A stretch of DNA of 64,000 bases from a bacterium BMS3Abin02. GTDB lineage: Bacteria; Actinomycetota; Acidimicrobiia; Spongiisociales; UBA4744. Positions 1 through 8,774 of the stretch are shown here, piece by piece. The stretch is from contig BDSU01000040.1 of assembly GCA_002897675.1 (NCBI GenBank), positions 5,201-69,200 on the forward strand. The letters are read 5' to 3'. The first letter of the stretch is position 1. Every line of letters starts with the position of its first letter. The notes below the pieces were generated by a model that ran no database searches, was not told the DNA's origin, and worked only from the letters and a program-made list of their open reading frames with translations. A program made the translations under genes and the position numbers.

Positions 1-315
1 AAATCCGTTGCCGACGCCCTTGGTGGAACCGTGGCGAGAGTCGTGGTCACCGAACTGCGCGACGCCGTGTTCTACGCCGACCTCGTTCTCGATCGAGATG
101 GGGAAGAGGTCCACATCTCGGCACGACCTTCCGACGCCATCGCTCTGGCGGCGAGAACAGGCGCCCCTATCTTCGCTTCTGCGGAAGTCATCGACGACGC
201 CGGAATCGAGATTCGAGACGAGGACGAGGAGTCAGAGATCGAGAAATTCAGGGAGTTTCTCGATGAGGTGACACCAGAGGATTTTGCCCCACCGGAAGAG
301 TCACCCGGGGGATGA
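1..315 (+). CDS. Bifunctional nuclease (BFN/DUF151) family protein, C-terminal part. The gene begins upstream of the window.
   Basis: The reading frame is open from nt 1. The C-terminal motif ARPSDAIALAARTGAPIF followed by an acidic tail is typical of the DUF151/BFN domain. The stop overlaps the next start as ATGA. Confidence 0.5.
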   Translation, partial: KSVADALGGTVARVVVTELRDAVFYADLVLDRDGEEVHISARPSDAIALAARTGAPIFASAEVIDDAGIEIRDEDEESEIEKFREFLDEVTPEDFAPPEESPGG

Positions 316-1307
316 CGAGTACCGGCAGGATCCGCATCGGGGCAGCCGCCCTCGTCGCTGTCGTCGCGCTGGGAACGCTCGGATTCGTCGTCCTGGAACA
401 CGCAGGTTTCCTCGAAGCCCTGTACATGGTCGTGATCACGATCTCAACGGTCGGATTCCGAGAAGTCGTGCCGCTCTCGGGAACAGGACGCGTCCTCACC
501 ATAGCTTTGATCATCGTCGGCGTCGGGACGTTGTTCTTCACCGCGACTGCCGTCCTGGAAATGGCGGTCGAGAGCATCTCGGAACGGAGGCGAGCGCAAA
601 TGGAGCAGAAAACGAAACGTCTGACGGATCACACGATCATCTGCGGCTGGGGACGGGTCGGCAAAGGCGTATGGGAGATCCACCAGGAGCGCAAGATCCC
701 GTGCGCGGTCATCGAACGTGAGCGATCGGCCGCCGATCGTGCCCGGGAGGCAGGCGCTCTGGTCGTCGAGGGCGACGCCACCCATGACGAGACTCTCGAA
801 CTCGGCGGCATCCGAAAGGCTCGGGCCCTCGTCGCCGCCGTGAACTCCGATTCCGACAACCTGGTCATCGTCCTGTCGGCAAGAGCTCTCCACTCCGATC
901 TGATCGTGGTCGCTCGGGCCTCGGACATGGAAGCCGAGCACAAGTTGCTCCTCGCCGGAGCCGACCGAGCGGTCTCGCCCCAGCGTGTCGGGGCCCGGCG
1001 GCTGGCTTCGCTCGTGATCCAACCCGAACTCGCGGATTTCATCGATCTCATCGCCAGCCAGGGCCCGGTCGAGTATCGCGTCCAGCGCGTGCCGGTTCAC
1101 GAGGGTTGCGGGATTGCCGGCAGGAGCCTCAAGGACGCGGCGATCCGAGAACGGTCCGGCGCGATGGTTCTGGCCGTGGAACACGCCGCGACCGGCGACC
1201 TCAACTTCAACCCCGATCCGGATCTCGTCCTCGTGCCCGGAGATGTCCTCATCGGAGTCGGTGTCCCCGGTCAGCTTGAACGCCTGGTGAACGCGTGCGG
1301 AGGGTAG
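312..1307 (+). CDS. Ion channel with N-terminal 2-TM pore domain and cytoplasmic RCK (TrkA-N plus TrkA-C) domains. Potassium-channel family.
   Basis: Hydrophobic N-terminus with a pore-helix/filter-like segment TISTVGFRE. Rossmann GxGxxG motif (IICGWGRVGKG) followed by a TrkA-C-like tail. 331 aa. Confidence 0.7.
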   Translation: MTSTGRIRIGAAALVAVVALGTLGFVVLEHAGFLEALYMVVITISTVGFREVVPLSGTGRVLTIALIIVGVGTLFFTATAVLEMAVESISERRRAQMEQKTKRLTDHTIICGWGRVGKGVWEIHQERKIPCAVIERERSAADRAREAGALVVEGDATHDETLELGGIRKARALVAAVNSDSDNLVIVLSARALHSDLIVVARASDMEAEHKLLLAGADRAVSPQRVGARRLASLVIQPELADFIDLIASQGPVEYRVQRVPVHEGCGIAGRSLKDAAIRERSGAMVLAVEHAATGDLNFNPDPDLVLVPGDVLIGVGVPGQLERLVNACGG

Positions 1308-1405
1308 GAGCCCTTCGGCATTTGCAGGGCTCACGCCGCTGCACCGTCACGAGACGAAGACGAGGTGCCGAGCGCCAAGCTTCAACCGAGTTATCCACAG
1401 AGATT

Positions 1406-1440
1406 GTTGACAACTTGCCTGCCTCGGCGGTAACTTGAGC
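1406..1440 (+). promoter_or_regulatory. Candidate sigma-A-type promoter for the MerR-family gene: TTGACA, 18-nt spacer, TAACTT.
   Basis: TTGACA at 1406-1411 and TAACTT 18 nt downstream, about 45 nt upstream of a GTG start preceded by a GAGGAG RBS. MerR-type promoters often have long spacers. Confidence 0.3.
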
Positions 1441-1483
1441 ATCCGAATTACGAGCGTGTAACCTGCTACCGAGGAGCGACACC

Positions 1484-1945
1484 GTGGGCGAACAGGGATT
1501 CAGAGCACCGCAAGTATGCCATCTCGTCGGTATCACCTACCGGCAACTCGACTATTGGGCGCGCACCGGTCTGCTGCGACCGTCCTTGAAGGCCGCTCGC
1601 GGCTCCGGATCACAGCGCCTTTACTCTTTCGGCGATGTTGTGCAGCTGAAGGTGGTCAAACGCCTGCTCGACGCAGGCATGAGCCTCAAGAAGATTCGCC
1701 AGGCAATCGAGATTCTCCGTGTCCAGTTGCAGTCCGATCGCCCACTCGCAGATGTCACGTTGCTCTCGGATGGGCTGACGATCTACGCGGCGCACAGCTC
1801 GCAGGAAGTCGTCGACGTGTTCCGGCGCGGCCAGGGAGTGTTCGGCATCGCCGTCGGCCCCGTTCAGAAAGAGCTGGAAGGCGAGGTCCATGCTCTCTGG
1901 GCCGAGGAAGAGCAAGCCGCCCAGGCCAAGGAGGTAGGCGTCTGA
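1484..1945 (+). CDS. MerR-family transcriptional regulator
   Basis: N-terminal HTH VCHLVGITYRQLDYWARTGLL, typical of MerR. GTG start with GAGGAG RBS. 153 aa. Confidence 0.8.
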   Translation: MGEQGFRAPQVCHLVGITYRQLDYWARTGLLRPSLKAARGSGSQRLYSFGDVVQLKVVKRLLDAGMSLKKIRQAIEILRVQLQSDRPLADVTLLSDGLTIYAAHSSQEVVDVFRRGQGVFGIAVGPVQKELEGEVHALWAEEEQAAQAKEVGV

Positions 1946-2382
1946 ACGAAGACGCTACGTTCGAGAGCGGGCGCGCCGATCAGGTCGCGTTTGCCCACAA
2001 CAGCGAGCGGCAGTTCGCACGGCTTCTCGACTTCTACGGAATCGACTGGGAGTACGAACCCCGGGCCTTCCCCATCTCTTGGGACGAGGACGGTGCCGCG
2101 ACCGGTTTCTTCGCCCCCGATTTCTACCTCCCGAGCGAAGACGTGTTCATCGAGATCACGACCATGAACCAGCGACTCGTGACCCGAAAGAACCGGAAAG
2201 TTCGCCGGCTGAGAAGCCTGTACCCCGACGTGACCTGCAAGATCTTCTACCAGCGTGACTACCTGCACCTCCTCGTGAAATACGGCCTGGAAGAGCCCGA
2301 TCAGCTCGAAGGACTGGCGACACCGACACGAATCCCCGGCCCGCCGGACGTGAACGTCGTCGAGGACGTCTCGACCGGTTGA
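1942..2382 (+). CDS. Conserved hypothetical protein. Start codon uncertain: no ATG/GTG/TTG near the 5' end, possibly CTG at 1942.
   Basis: The ORF frame stays open back through the MerR gene. The protein-like region begins right after the MerR stop. C-terminal region FIEITTMNQRLVTRKNRKVRRLRSLYPDVTCKIFYQRDY shows good codon usage. Confidence 0.45.
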   Translation: MNEDATFESGRADQVAFAHNSERQFARLLDFYGIDWEYEPRAFPISWDEDGAATGFFAPDFYLPSEDVFIEITTMNQRLVTRKNRKVRRLRSLYPDVTCKIFYQRDYLHLLVKYGLEEPDQLEGLATPTRIPGPPDVNVVEDVSTG

Positions 2383-2456
2383 TTCGGCGAGGATCAGGCT
2401 CTACAGGCGGTGTCTAAGCTGAGCGGTACGATGACGAGCCGGAAGGAGCTGCGCTG

Positions 2457-3509
2457 ATGCCACGTTCCCCGCTGCATACCGTACATGTCCGACTCGGCGC
2501 CAGATTCGTCGATTTCGCAGGCTGGGAGATGCCCGTTCGGTACGACAGCGTGCTGAGCGAACACCAGGCCGTTCGAGAAGCAGTCGGTGTGTTCGACGTC
2601 TCCCACCTCGGCAGGTTCCTCGTCGAGGGAAGTGGCAGCACCGACCTGCTCCGTGGCCTCCTCTGCAACGACATCGCCGACGTCGACCCCGGTGCCGCCC
2701 AGTACACGATGTCTCTGAATGAAGAGGGAGGTGTCCTCGATGACATCATTGTGTGGCGCTGGTCCGACGAGCGGTACTGGGTCATTCCCAACGGCGCGAA
2801 CGATGATGGGATCCGGGCGAGGTTTCGTGCAGCAGCACCCTCGGGCGTGACCATCGAGTCGATCAGGGAGGACACCGCCCTCGTCGCGCTTCAAGGGCCC
2901 GACTCGCCTCACGTCTTCACTACGGTGTTCGGCCTCGTGCCCGAGCATTTCCGGGTCACCACAGGTGACTTCCGTGGCACACCGGTACGAATCGCCGGAA
3001 CCGGCTACACGGGTGAACGCGGGGGTGAGATCGCGATCGCCCGAGAAGCCGGCGTCGCCATGTTCGACGCATTGCTGGATGCCGGCGCCACAGCGTGTGG
3101 ACTCGGTGCGCGCGACACTTTGAGACTGGAGATGGGCTATCCCCTGTGGGGGCAGGACCTCGACGAAACGATCACACCCCTGGAGGCAGGGCTGCGCTGG
3201 GTCGTCGGGTGGGACCACGACTTCGTCGGCAAGGCCGCCCTCGAACGCCAGGCACGACAAGGCCTGGCCAAGCATCAAGTCGCGTTCGTGATGGACGGTC
3301 GGCAGATCGCCCGACACGGATACCCGATGCGTGCAGGAACTTCGTCCGGAACGGTCACGAGTGGTAACTACAGCCCGGTGCTCGGCCGGGGGATAGGGCT
3401 CGGATACCTCAGCCCGCCCGCGAAACCAGGAGCGGCCATCGAAGTGCAGGTCCGCGGGAAATGGGTCTCCGCCCACCGATCGAAGCTGCCGTTCATCGGG
3501 AGGCGATAG
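2457..3509 (+). CDS. gcvT: Glycine cleavage system T protein (aminomethyltransferase)
   Basis: N-terminus PLHTVHVRLGARFVDFAGWEMPVRY and 350 aa length match GcvT. Immediately followed by gcvPA and gcvPB. Confidence 0.9.
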   Translation: MPRSPLHTVHVRLGARFVDFAGWEMPVRYDSVLSEHQAVREAVGVFDVSHLGRFLVEGSGSTDLLRGLLCNDIADVDPGAAQYTMSLNEEGGVLDDIIVWRWSDERYWVIPNGANDDGIRARFRAAAPSGVTIESIREDTALVALQGPDSPHVFTTVFGLVPEHFRVTTGDFRGTPVRIAGTGYTGERGGEIAIAREAGVAMFDALLDAGATACGLGARDTLRLEMGYPLWGQDLDETITPLEAGLRWVVGWDHDFVGKAALERQARQGLAKHQVAFVMDGRQIARHGYPMRAGTSSGTVTSGNYSPVLGRGIGLGYLSPPAKPGAAIEVQVRGKWVSAHRSKLPFIGRR

Positions 3510-3512
3510 CTC

Positions 3513-4847
3513 ATGGATTTCACTCCACACACGAAGCAGGACATCTCGATGATGCTCGAGCATCTCGGACTCCGCGATGTCGACGATCTCTTCGCACACC
3601 TGCCGATCGGCGTGCTCGTCGATCGTTCTCCGGCGATCGAGAAAGGTGTCTCCGAGCCGGAGCTGCAGCACACGATCGCCGTCTGGGCCCGCTCGAATCG
3701 CTCCGATCTCATCTGTTTCGCCGGTGCCGGCTACTACGACCACTACGTTTCACCCACGGTGAAGGCGCTCACTTTTCGTCCCGAATTCGTCACCGCCTAC
3801 ACGCCATACCAGGCAGAAGTGTCCCAGGGCATGCTGCAGGTCTTGTACGAATACCAGTCGATGATCTGTGGGATCACAGAGATGGACATCACGAATGCCT
3901 CCCTGTACGACGGTGCAACCGCCGCTGCAGAGGCCGTCAACGCAGCCATGTTCGCGACCCGCCGCTCTGCGATCTGGGTTTCGTCGGGGGTGAGTCCACG
4001 GATTCGCGAGACCATCCGTACCCAGGCGACGGCGAGAGACATCGAAGTGGTCGAACATCCGCTCGTCGGTGGGAGAACCGTCTGGGCAACAGACGCCGGC
4101 CCACAACCCGCTGCCGTGCTGTGGGCCCAGCCCAACTATCTCGGCGCAGTTGAGGACTACGACGCCGCAGTCACCGCGGCGAGGCAACAGGACGCCCTTG
4201 CGGTCGTCTCCTATGATCCCATGACGCTCGGCGTGCTCCGGAGCCCCGGCTCGGCTGGAGTGGACATCGCCGTGGGCGAAGGTCAGGCTCTCGGAAACTC
4301 TCTGTCATTCGGAGGACCCGGGCTCGGACTCTTCTCCATCACGACCGAGTACGTGCGGCGCATGCCGGGTCGGATCATCGGGCGGACCGTGGATCGTGAC
4401 GGGGCGACCGCCTATGTGATGACGTTGCGAGCCAGGGAACAGGATATTCGAAGAGCCAAGGCGTCCTCCAACATCTGTTCGAATGAGGCGCTCAACGCAG
4501 TCGCCGCCGCCGTACAACTCGGGTGGCTCGGTCCGGACGGCCTCGCCGAGGTTGGAGAGCAGTCGGCGCAGAAGGCGCACTATCTGGCGGAACGTCTCGA
4601 GCAGATTCCTGGCGTTCGGCGCGCCAACGAGGCTCCATTCGTACGCGAGTTCGCCGTCCTCCTCCCCATGGAACCCGAGATCGTGATCGAGGCGATGGCC
4701 GACCGCGGCTACCTGGCAGGAGTCGCCCTTTCGAAGGACTATCCCGATCTCCCCGGTGGACTCCTGATAGCCGTCACCGAACGGAGAAGCAGAGATGAAC
4801 TCGACGGCTACGTGAGCTCCATGAGGGAGGTGATCACAAATGGCTGA
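3513..4847 (+). CDS. gcvPA: Glycine dehydrogenase (decarboxylating) subunit 1
   Basis: N-terminal P-protein half motifs (TAYTPYQAEVSQGMLQ, ITNASLYDGATAAAEA). 444 aa. Split P-protein arrangement. Confidence 0.9.
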   Translation: MDFTPHTKQDISMMLEHLGLRDVDDLFAHLPIGVLVDRSPAIEKGVSEPELQHTIAVWARSNRSDLICFAGAGYYDHYVSPTVKALTFRPEFVTAYTPYQAEVSQGMLQVLYEYQSMICGITEMDITNASLYDGATAAAEAVNAAMFATRRSAIWVSSGVSPRIRETIRTQATARDIEVVEHPLVGGRTVWATDAGPQPAAVLWAQPNYLGAVEDYDAAVTAARQQDALAVVSYDPMTLGVLRSPGSAGVDIAVGEGQALGNSLSFGGPGLGLFSITTEYVRRMPGRIIGRTVDRDGATAYVMTLRAREQDIRRAKASSNICSNEALNAVAAAVQLGWLGPDGLAEVGEQSAQKAHYLAERLEQIPGVRRANEAPFVREFAVLLPMEPEIVIEAMADRGYLAGVALSKDYPDLPGGLLIAVTERRSRDELDGYVSSMREVITNG

Positions 4848-6330
4848 ACCCGCAGGACGCGCGTCATCCTCGCCGCTGCTGGGCGGCGCGACCGAGCCGA
4901 CACTCGCGGAATTCTCCAGTCCCGGAAGGAGGGCGTGGTCTCTCCCGCCCCTCGACGTGCCCAAAACGCCACTGGATCTCGAGGAAGGACGCGATGAGGC
5001 CGTCCAACTCCCGGAGGTCTCCGAGCACGACCTCGTGATGCATTTCACTCGCCTGGCACACCGCAACTTCGCCGTCGACCTGGGTGCGTATCCCCTTGGA
5101 TCCTGCACGATGAAGTACAACCCCAAGATCGCCGACTGGGCCGCCGATCTCCCGGAGTTCGGGACTCTTCATCCGGACACGCCCCCGTACGCCGCGCAGG
5201 GGGCCATGGAGGTGCTGGTGGAAGCCGAGCGTATCCTGTGCGAGCTCACCGGCATGTTCCGGGCGACGTTCCAGCCGGCCGCCGGAGCCGCAGGAGAACT
5301 CACGGGAATGATGATCACCCGCGCCTATCACACATCCAACGGCAATCCACGGAGTGTCATGCTGGTCCCTGACTCCGCCCACGGCACGAACCCGGCGTCG
5401 GCGGTGCTGAGCGGCTACGCGGTCAGAGAAGTGCCATCGAATGAACGTGGGATGGTCGACCTCGATGCACTCCGTGCCCTCCTGAACGATGAAGTCGCAG
5501 GGTTGATGCTGACCAACCCGAACACACTTGGGCTGTTCGAAGTGGAGATCCTCGACATCGCCGAGGCCGTGCATGAGGTGGGAGGCCTCCTCTACTACGA
5601 CGGAGCCAACCTGAATGCGATCCTCGGGGTATCCAGACCGGGTGACATGGGGTTCGACATCGTCCACTCCAATCTGCACAAGACGTTCGGAACCCCTCAT
5701 GGGGGTGGTGGACCGGGATCCGGCCCCGTGGCGGTTTGCAGGAGACTTGCTCCTTTTCTACCAGGACCGCTGCCGGTACGTGACGACGAAGGCTCCCTCC
5801 GGTGGGGGATGCCGGCACGCTCGATCGGCAGGGTGCATGGGAGACACGGGAACTTTGGCGTGGTGCTGCGCGCCGTCGCCTACGTGCGTGCACTCGGAGG
5901 ATCAGGTCTCCGCCGTGTGGCAGAGCGGTCTGTGCTGAATGCCCGGTATCTTGCTTCCCTCCTGAGCGACCGTTTCGAGATTCCGTACCGCACACCCTGC
6001 ATGCACGAGTTCGTGGCCTCCGCGGATCGCATCAAGACCGAAACGGGCGTGCACACCATGGACATCGTCAAGGCCCTCCTCGACGAGGGCTTCCATGCTC
6101 CGACGATGTACTTCCCTTTGATCGTCCCCGAGGCCTTGATGTTCGAACCGACCGAGACGCAGTCGAGGGAGACCCTGGAGGCGATGGCCGCCGCCCTGAA
6201 CGCAATCGCCGAGAAAGCGTACACCGACGCCGCGGCCGTCCAGAATGCTCCCGTTCTGACGCCCGTCCACCGGCCCGACGAGGCCCTTGCCGCCCGTCAT
6301 CTGAACACCAGTTGGTTCATGGAGGAGTAA
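4840..6330 (+). CDS. gcvPB: Glycine dehydrogenase (decarboxylating) subunit 2
   Basis: C-terminal P-protein half with PLP-binding region (HSNLHKTFGTPHGGGGPG). 496 aa. Overlaps the gcvPA stop. Confidence 0.9.
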   Translation: MAEPAGRASSSPLLGGATEPTLAEFSSPGRRAWSLPPLDVPKTPLDLEEGRDEAVQLPEVSEHDLVMHFTRLAHRNFAVDLGAYPLGSCTMKYNPKIADWAADLPEFGTLHPDTPPYAAQGAMEVLVEAERILCELTGMFRATFQPAAGAAGELTGMMITRAYHTSNGNPRSVMLVPDSAHGTNPASAVLSGYAVREVPSNERGMVDLDALRALLNDEVAGLMLTNPNTLGLFEVEILDIAEAVHEVGGLLYYDGANLNAILGVSRPGDMGFDIVHSNLHKTFGTPHGGGGPGSGPVAVCRRLAPFLPGPLPVRDDEGSLRWGMPARSIGRVHGRHGNFGVVLRAVAYVRALGGSGLRRVAERSVLNARYLASLLSDRFEIPYRTPCMHEFVASADRIKTETGVHTMDIVKALLDEGFHAPTMYFPLIVPEALMFEPTETQSRETLEAMAAALNAIAEKAYTDAAAVQNAPVLTPVHRPDEALAARHLNTSWFMEE

Positions 6331-6333
6331 GTC

Positions 6334-7131
6334 ATGGAAGAGAGAACAGCGAGAGACGGAACGATGATCGCCGTGAGACGCTGGCCGGTGCAAGACCCCA
6401 AGGCAGCGATGCTCATCGTCCACGGCCTCGGTGAGCACAGCGGGCGGTACGACCACGTGGCCCGGTTCTTCAACGGGCGGGGTATCGACGTGACCGCCTT
6501 CGACCTGCGAGGACACGGCCTGTCCGGCGGACGGCGAGCCTATGTCGGACGCTGGAGCGACTACCTGGACGATGTCGAGGACAGACTGGCGGAGACCAGA
6601 TCCATCGGGACACCCCTCGTGCTCTACGGGCACTCGCTCGGAGGCCTGATTGCCACATCGTATGTCACATCGGATCGCCCACTGCCGGATGCCCTCATCG
6701 CGAGCGCACCCGGCCTCGAGGACAACCTGAAACCGATACTGCATGTGCTTCCGAAGCTCCTCGGCCCGTTGCTGCCCACGCTCGCGGTGGCAACAGGGAT
6801 CACCGGTGATCAACTGTCGCGAGACCCGGCGGTCGGAGAGGCGTATTTCGCCGATCCACTCGTCCTGACAAAGGCCACACTCCGACTCGCCGTGGAGGCG
6901 TTGCAGGCCCAGGTCACGACAATCCGGCGATTGGCGAAGATCTCGGTGCCGACGTTGACGATTCAGGGGTCCGAAGACTCGCTCGTTCCACCGTCGGCAA
7001 GTGCACTCTTGGAGCCGTACGCGAAGCGGATCATGTACGAAGGGCTTCGGCACGAGTGCCACAATGAACCCGAGCAGGCCCGGGTCCTCGATGACGTCGC
7101 CTCGTGGGTAGAGGCGCTGCTTCAGACGTAG
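6334..7131 (+). CDS. Alpha/beta hydrolase (lysophospholipase / monoacylglycerol-lipase-like)
   Basis: HGLGEHSGRY motif and nucleophile elbow GHSLGG. 265 aa. ATG 3 nt after the gcvPB stop, with a GGAGGA RBS. Confidence 0.8.
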   Translation: MEERTARDGTMIAVRRWPVQDPKAAMLIVHGLGEHSGRYDHVARFFNGRGIDVTAFDLRGHGLSGGRRAYVGRWSDYLDDVEDRLAETRSIGTPLVLYGHSLGGLIATSYVTSDRPLPDALIASAPGLEDNLKPILHVLPKLLGPLLPTLAVATGITGDQLSRDPAVGEAYFADPLVLTKATLRLAVEALQAQVTTIRRLAKISVPTLTIQGSEDSLVPPSASALLEPYAKRIMYEGLRHECHNEPEQARVLDDVASWVEALLQT

Positions 7132-8183
7132 GCACCCCGGATTCGCTCCTCGAGAACGCTGCGCTTGACGGGAAGCGGGGCGAATGCGGCCATCATCGCG
7201 TTTTCGGTCACTTGCAGCAGGTCGGATCGCTCGAACCCGTGATGCTCGACGACCAGGCGGAACTCGCTGGACAGCGAGGTCCTGCTCATCAGCCGGTTGT
7301 CGGTATTGAGGGTGATCGTGAAGCCCGCTCTGTGAAGAGCACCGACCGGATGGCTGGAGGCAGACCAGTCGCCGGTGTGCAGGTTGGACGTAGGGCACAC
7401 TTCGAGAGGAACCCGGAAGTCGCGGACATACGTGGCGAGACTACCCAGCTCGACGATTTCGGTGCCGTCGAGCTTGCAGTCATCGATGATGTGCACGCCG
7501 TGGCCGACGCGATGGGCCCCGCAGCGTTGCAGGGCCGTCCAAATGCTGTGGGGACCGTCCACTTCTCCTGCGTGGATGGTCAAGCCCATGTTGGCGCCCC
7601 GCACCATCCTGGTGGCCACGAGGTGACGGTCTGCTGGAACGTCGAGTTCGGAGCCTGCCAGATCGAAGCCGACCACGCCGAGGTGTGAGTACGTCGAAGC
7701 GAGTCTGGCCACCAAAGGGGAGTCATCGCGCTCACGCATCGCATCCAGGATCAGGCCGACGAACATTCCCGTCTCCGCGGATCCCTGGTGAAGGCCGGCG
7801 AGTGTGGCTTCGACGACCTCCTCCGGAGTGAGGCCGAGTTCCGTGTGGTTGGTCGGTGCAAACCGGAACTCTGCGTACACGACGCCGTCTGCCGCGGTAT
7901 CCAGGACTGCCTCATAACCCACACGTTCCAGAGCCTCTCCGGTCTGCATGACACCGATCGTGTGGCGGAAGGACTCGAGATATCTGACCAGAGAACCCGA
8001 CCCACCCTGGTAGAACCATGCGGCCAGAGTTCGCTCATCGGTCTCCGGGAGCAACGCATAGCCTTGCGCCTCGGCAAGGTCGAGGATGGTGTCGATCCGG
8101 AGGCCACCGTCGAGATGGTCGTGGAGCAGGACTTTCGGCAGCGTGTTCACGATGATCTCATGAGAGCAGACTCCATCCACCAA
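7122..8183 (-). CDS. add: Adenosine deaminase. The true start may lie a little downstream of the first start codon.
   Basis: Metal-binding motifs HDHLDGG, HAGE and SLNTDD-like (TLNTDN). 353 aa. Confidence 0.85.
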   Translation of the reverse strand: MVDGVCSHEIIVNTLPKVLLHDHLDGGLRIDTILDLAEAQGYALLPETDERTLAAWFYQGGSGSLVRYLESFRHTIGVMQTGEALERVGYEAVLDTAADGVVYAEFRFAPTNHTELGLTPEEVVEATLAGLHQGSAETGMFVGLILDAMRERDDSPLVARLASTYSHLGVVGFDLAGSELDVPADRHLVATRMVRGANMGLTIHAGEVDGPHSIWTALQRCGAHRVGHGVHIIDDCKLDGTEIVELGSLATYVRDFRVPLEVCPTSNLHTGDWSASSHPVGALHRAGFTITLNTDNRLMSRTSLSSEFRLVVEHHGFERSDLLQVTENAMMAAFAPLPVKRSVLEERIRGAYV

Positions 8184-8635
8184 CGCCTCTCCAGGAACGG
8201 CTCCCCGTAGAGATGAACCTCGATCGTCTCACCCGGACTGAACCCGAGGTTCTCGGCAAAAGCTTCCCCCGATTGGTTTCCGAGGATCAGATCCACGGTG
8301 ACCGGAAGGGAAGGTGCCAAAGATCGGACCTTCTCGAGGAGCGATGTCGCCGCACCGTGCCGGCGGTACTCCGGGTGCGTGCACATCGCCGCCACCACGA
8401 TTTTCTTTCCTTCGACGTAGACGTCGGCGAACGCCACGGGACGGCCATCGATCTCGACGAGGAAGATCGGATGGTCGTGCCACCGTTGCTGCAGCGCCGA
8501 AGGCGAATAGGCCGCCGCCAGCCATCGTTCGATCGTGTCTACATCCAGGAGATCCCGGTATGTCGTGCGCCAAGCGACACTCGCGATCTGCGCCACGGAC
8601 ACCAGGTCCCGTTCGTCTGCCCTTCGGATTCTCAC
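8147..8635 (-). CDS. GNAT-family N-acetyltransferase
   Basis: 162 aa with a GNAT acetyl-CoA-binding region (VAAMCTHPEYRRHGAATSLLEKV). Confidence 0.75.
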   Translation of the reverse strand: MRIRRADERDLVSVAQIASVAWRTTYRDLLDVDTIERWLAAAYSPSALQQRWHDHPIFLVEIDGRPVAFADVYVEGKKIVVAAMCTHPEYRRHGAATSLLEKVRSLAPSLPVTVDLILGNQSGEAFAENLGFSPGETIEVHLYGEPFLERRWWMESALMRSS

Positions 8636-8691
8636 GCCTCCAAACTAGTGCGTCGACAGGCAACCGACGTCGCGACCGCCCCCCACTCTGC

Positions 8692-8740
8692 GAACCCAGG
8701 GCTCGTAGGTGCGCTGAGCGCATCTACGAGCCCTGGGTTC
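8692..8740. promoter_or_regulatory. Perfect 17-bp inverted repeat (GAACCCAGGGCTCGTAG-N15-CTACGAGCCCTGGGTTC) in a divergent intergenic region
   Basis: Read directly from the sequence. A 17/17-bp stem with a 15-nt loop that is itself partly palindromic. It lies between the divergently oriented GNAT (minus) and yqgE-family (plus) genes. No U-tract on either side. Confidence 0.5.
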
Positions 8741-8774
8741 GGAGATTTCTGTCGGACCGTGCGAACATGAGGCC

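Noticed and set aside
1308-1332. Hairpin GAGCCC-N13-GGGCTC after the channel gene as an intrinsic terminator
   Set aside because: Only a 6-bp stem with a 13-nt loop and no U-tract. Too weak to call.
2383-2456. Possible glycine riboswitch upstream of gcvT
   Set aside because: The leader is only about 75 nt and lacks the GGAGAG…ACCGAAGGGGCAA…CUCAGGCA conserved blocks.
5902-7398. 498-aa ORF antisense to gcvPB and the hydrolase. The same pattern recurs for long antisense ORFs at 10113-11258, 13123-14286, 15972-17357, 18665-19675, 20666-21988, 37303-39042, 40370-42454 and 55412-56638.
   Set aside because: All are Arg/Pro/Gly/Ser-rich, lack domains, and lie opposite genes with clear homology. This is the typical stop-codon-poor antisense frame of high-GC DNA.
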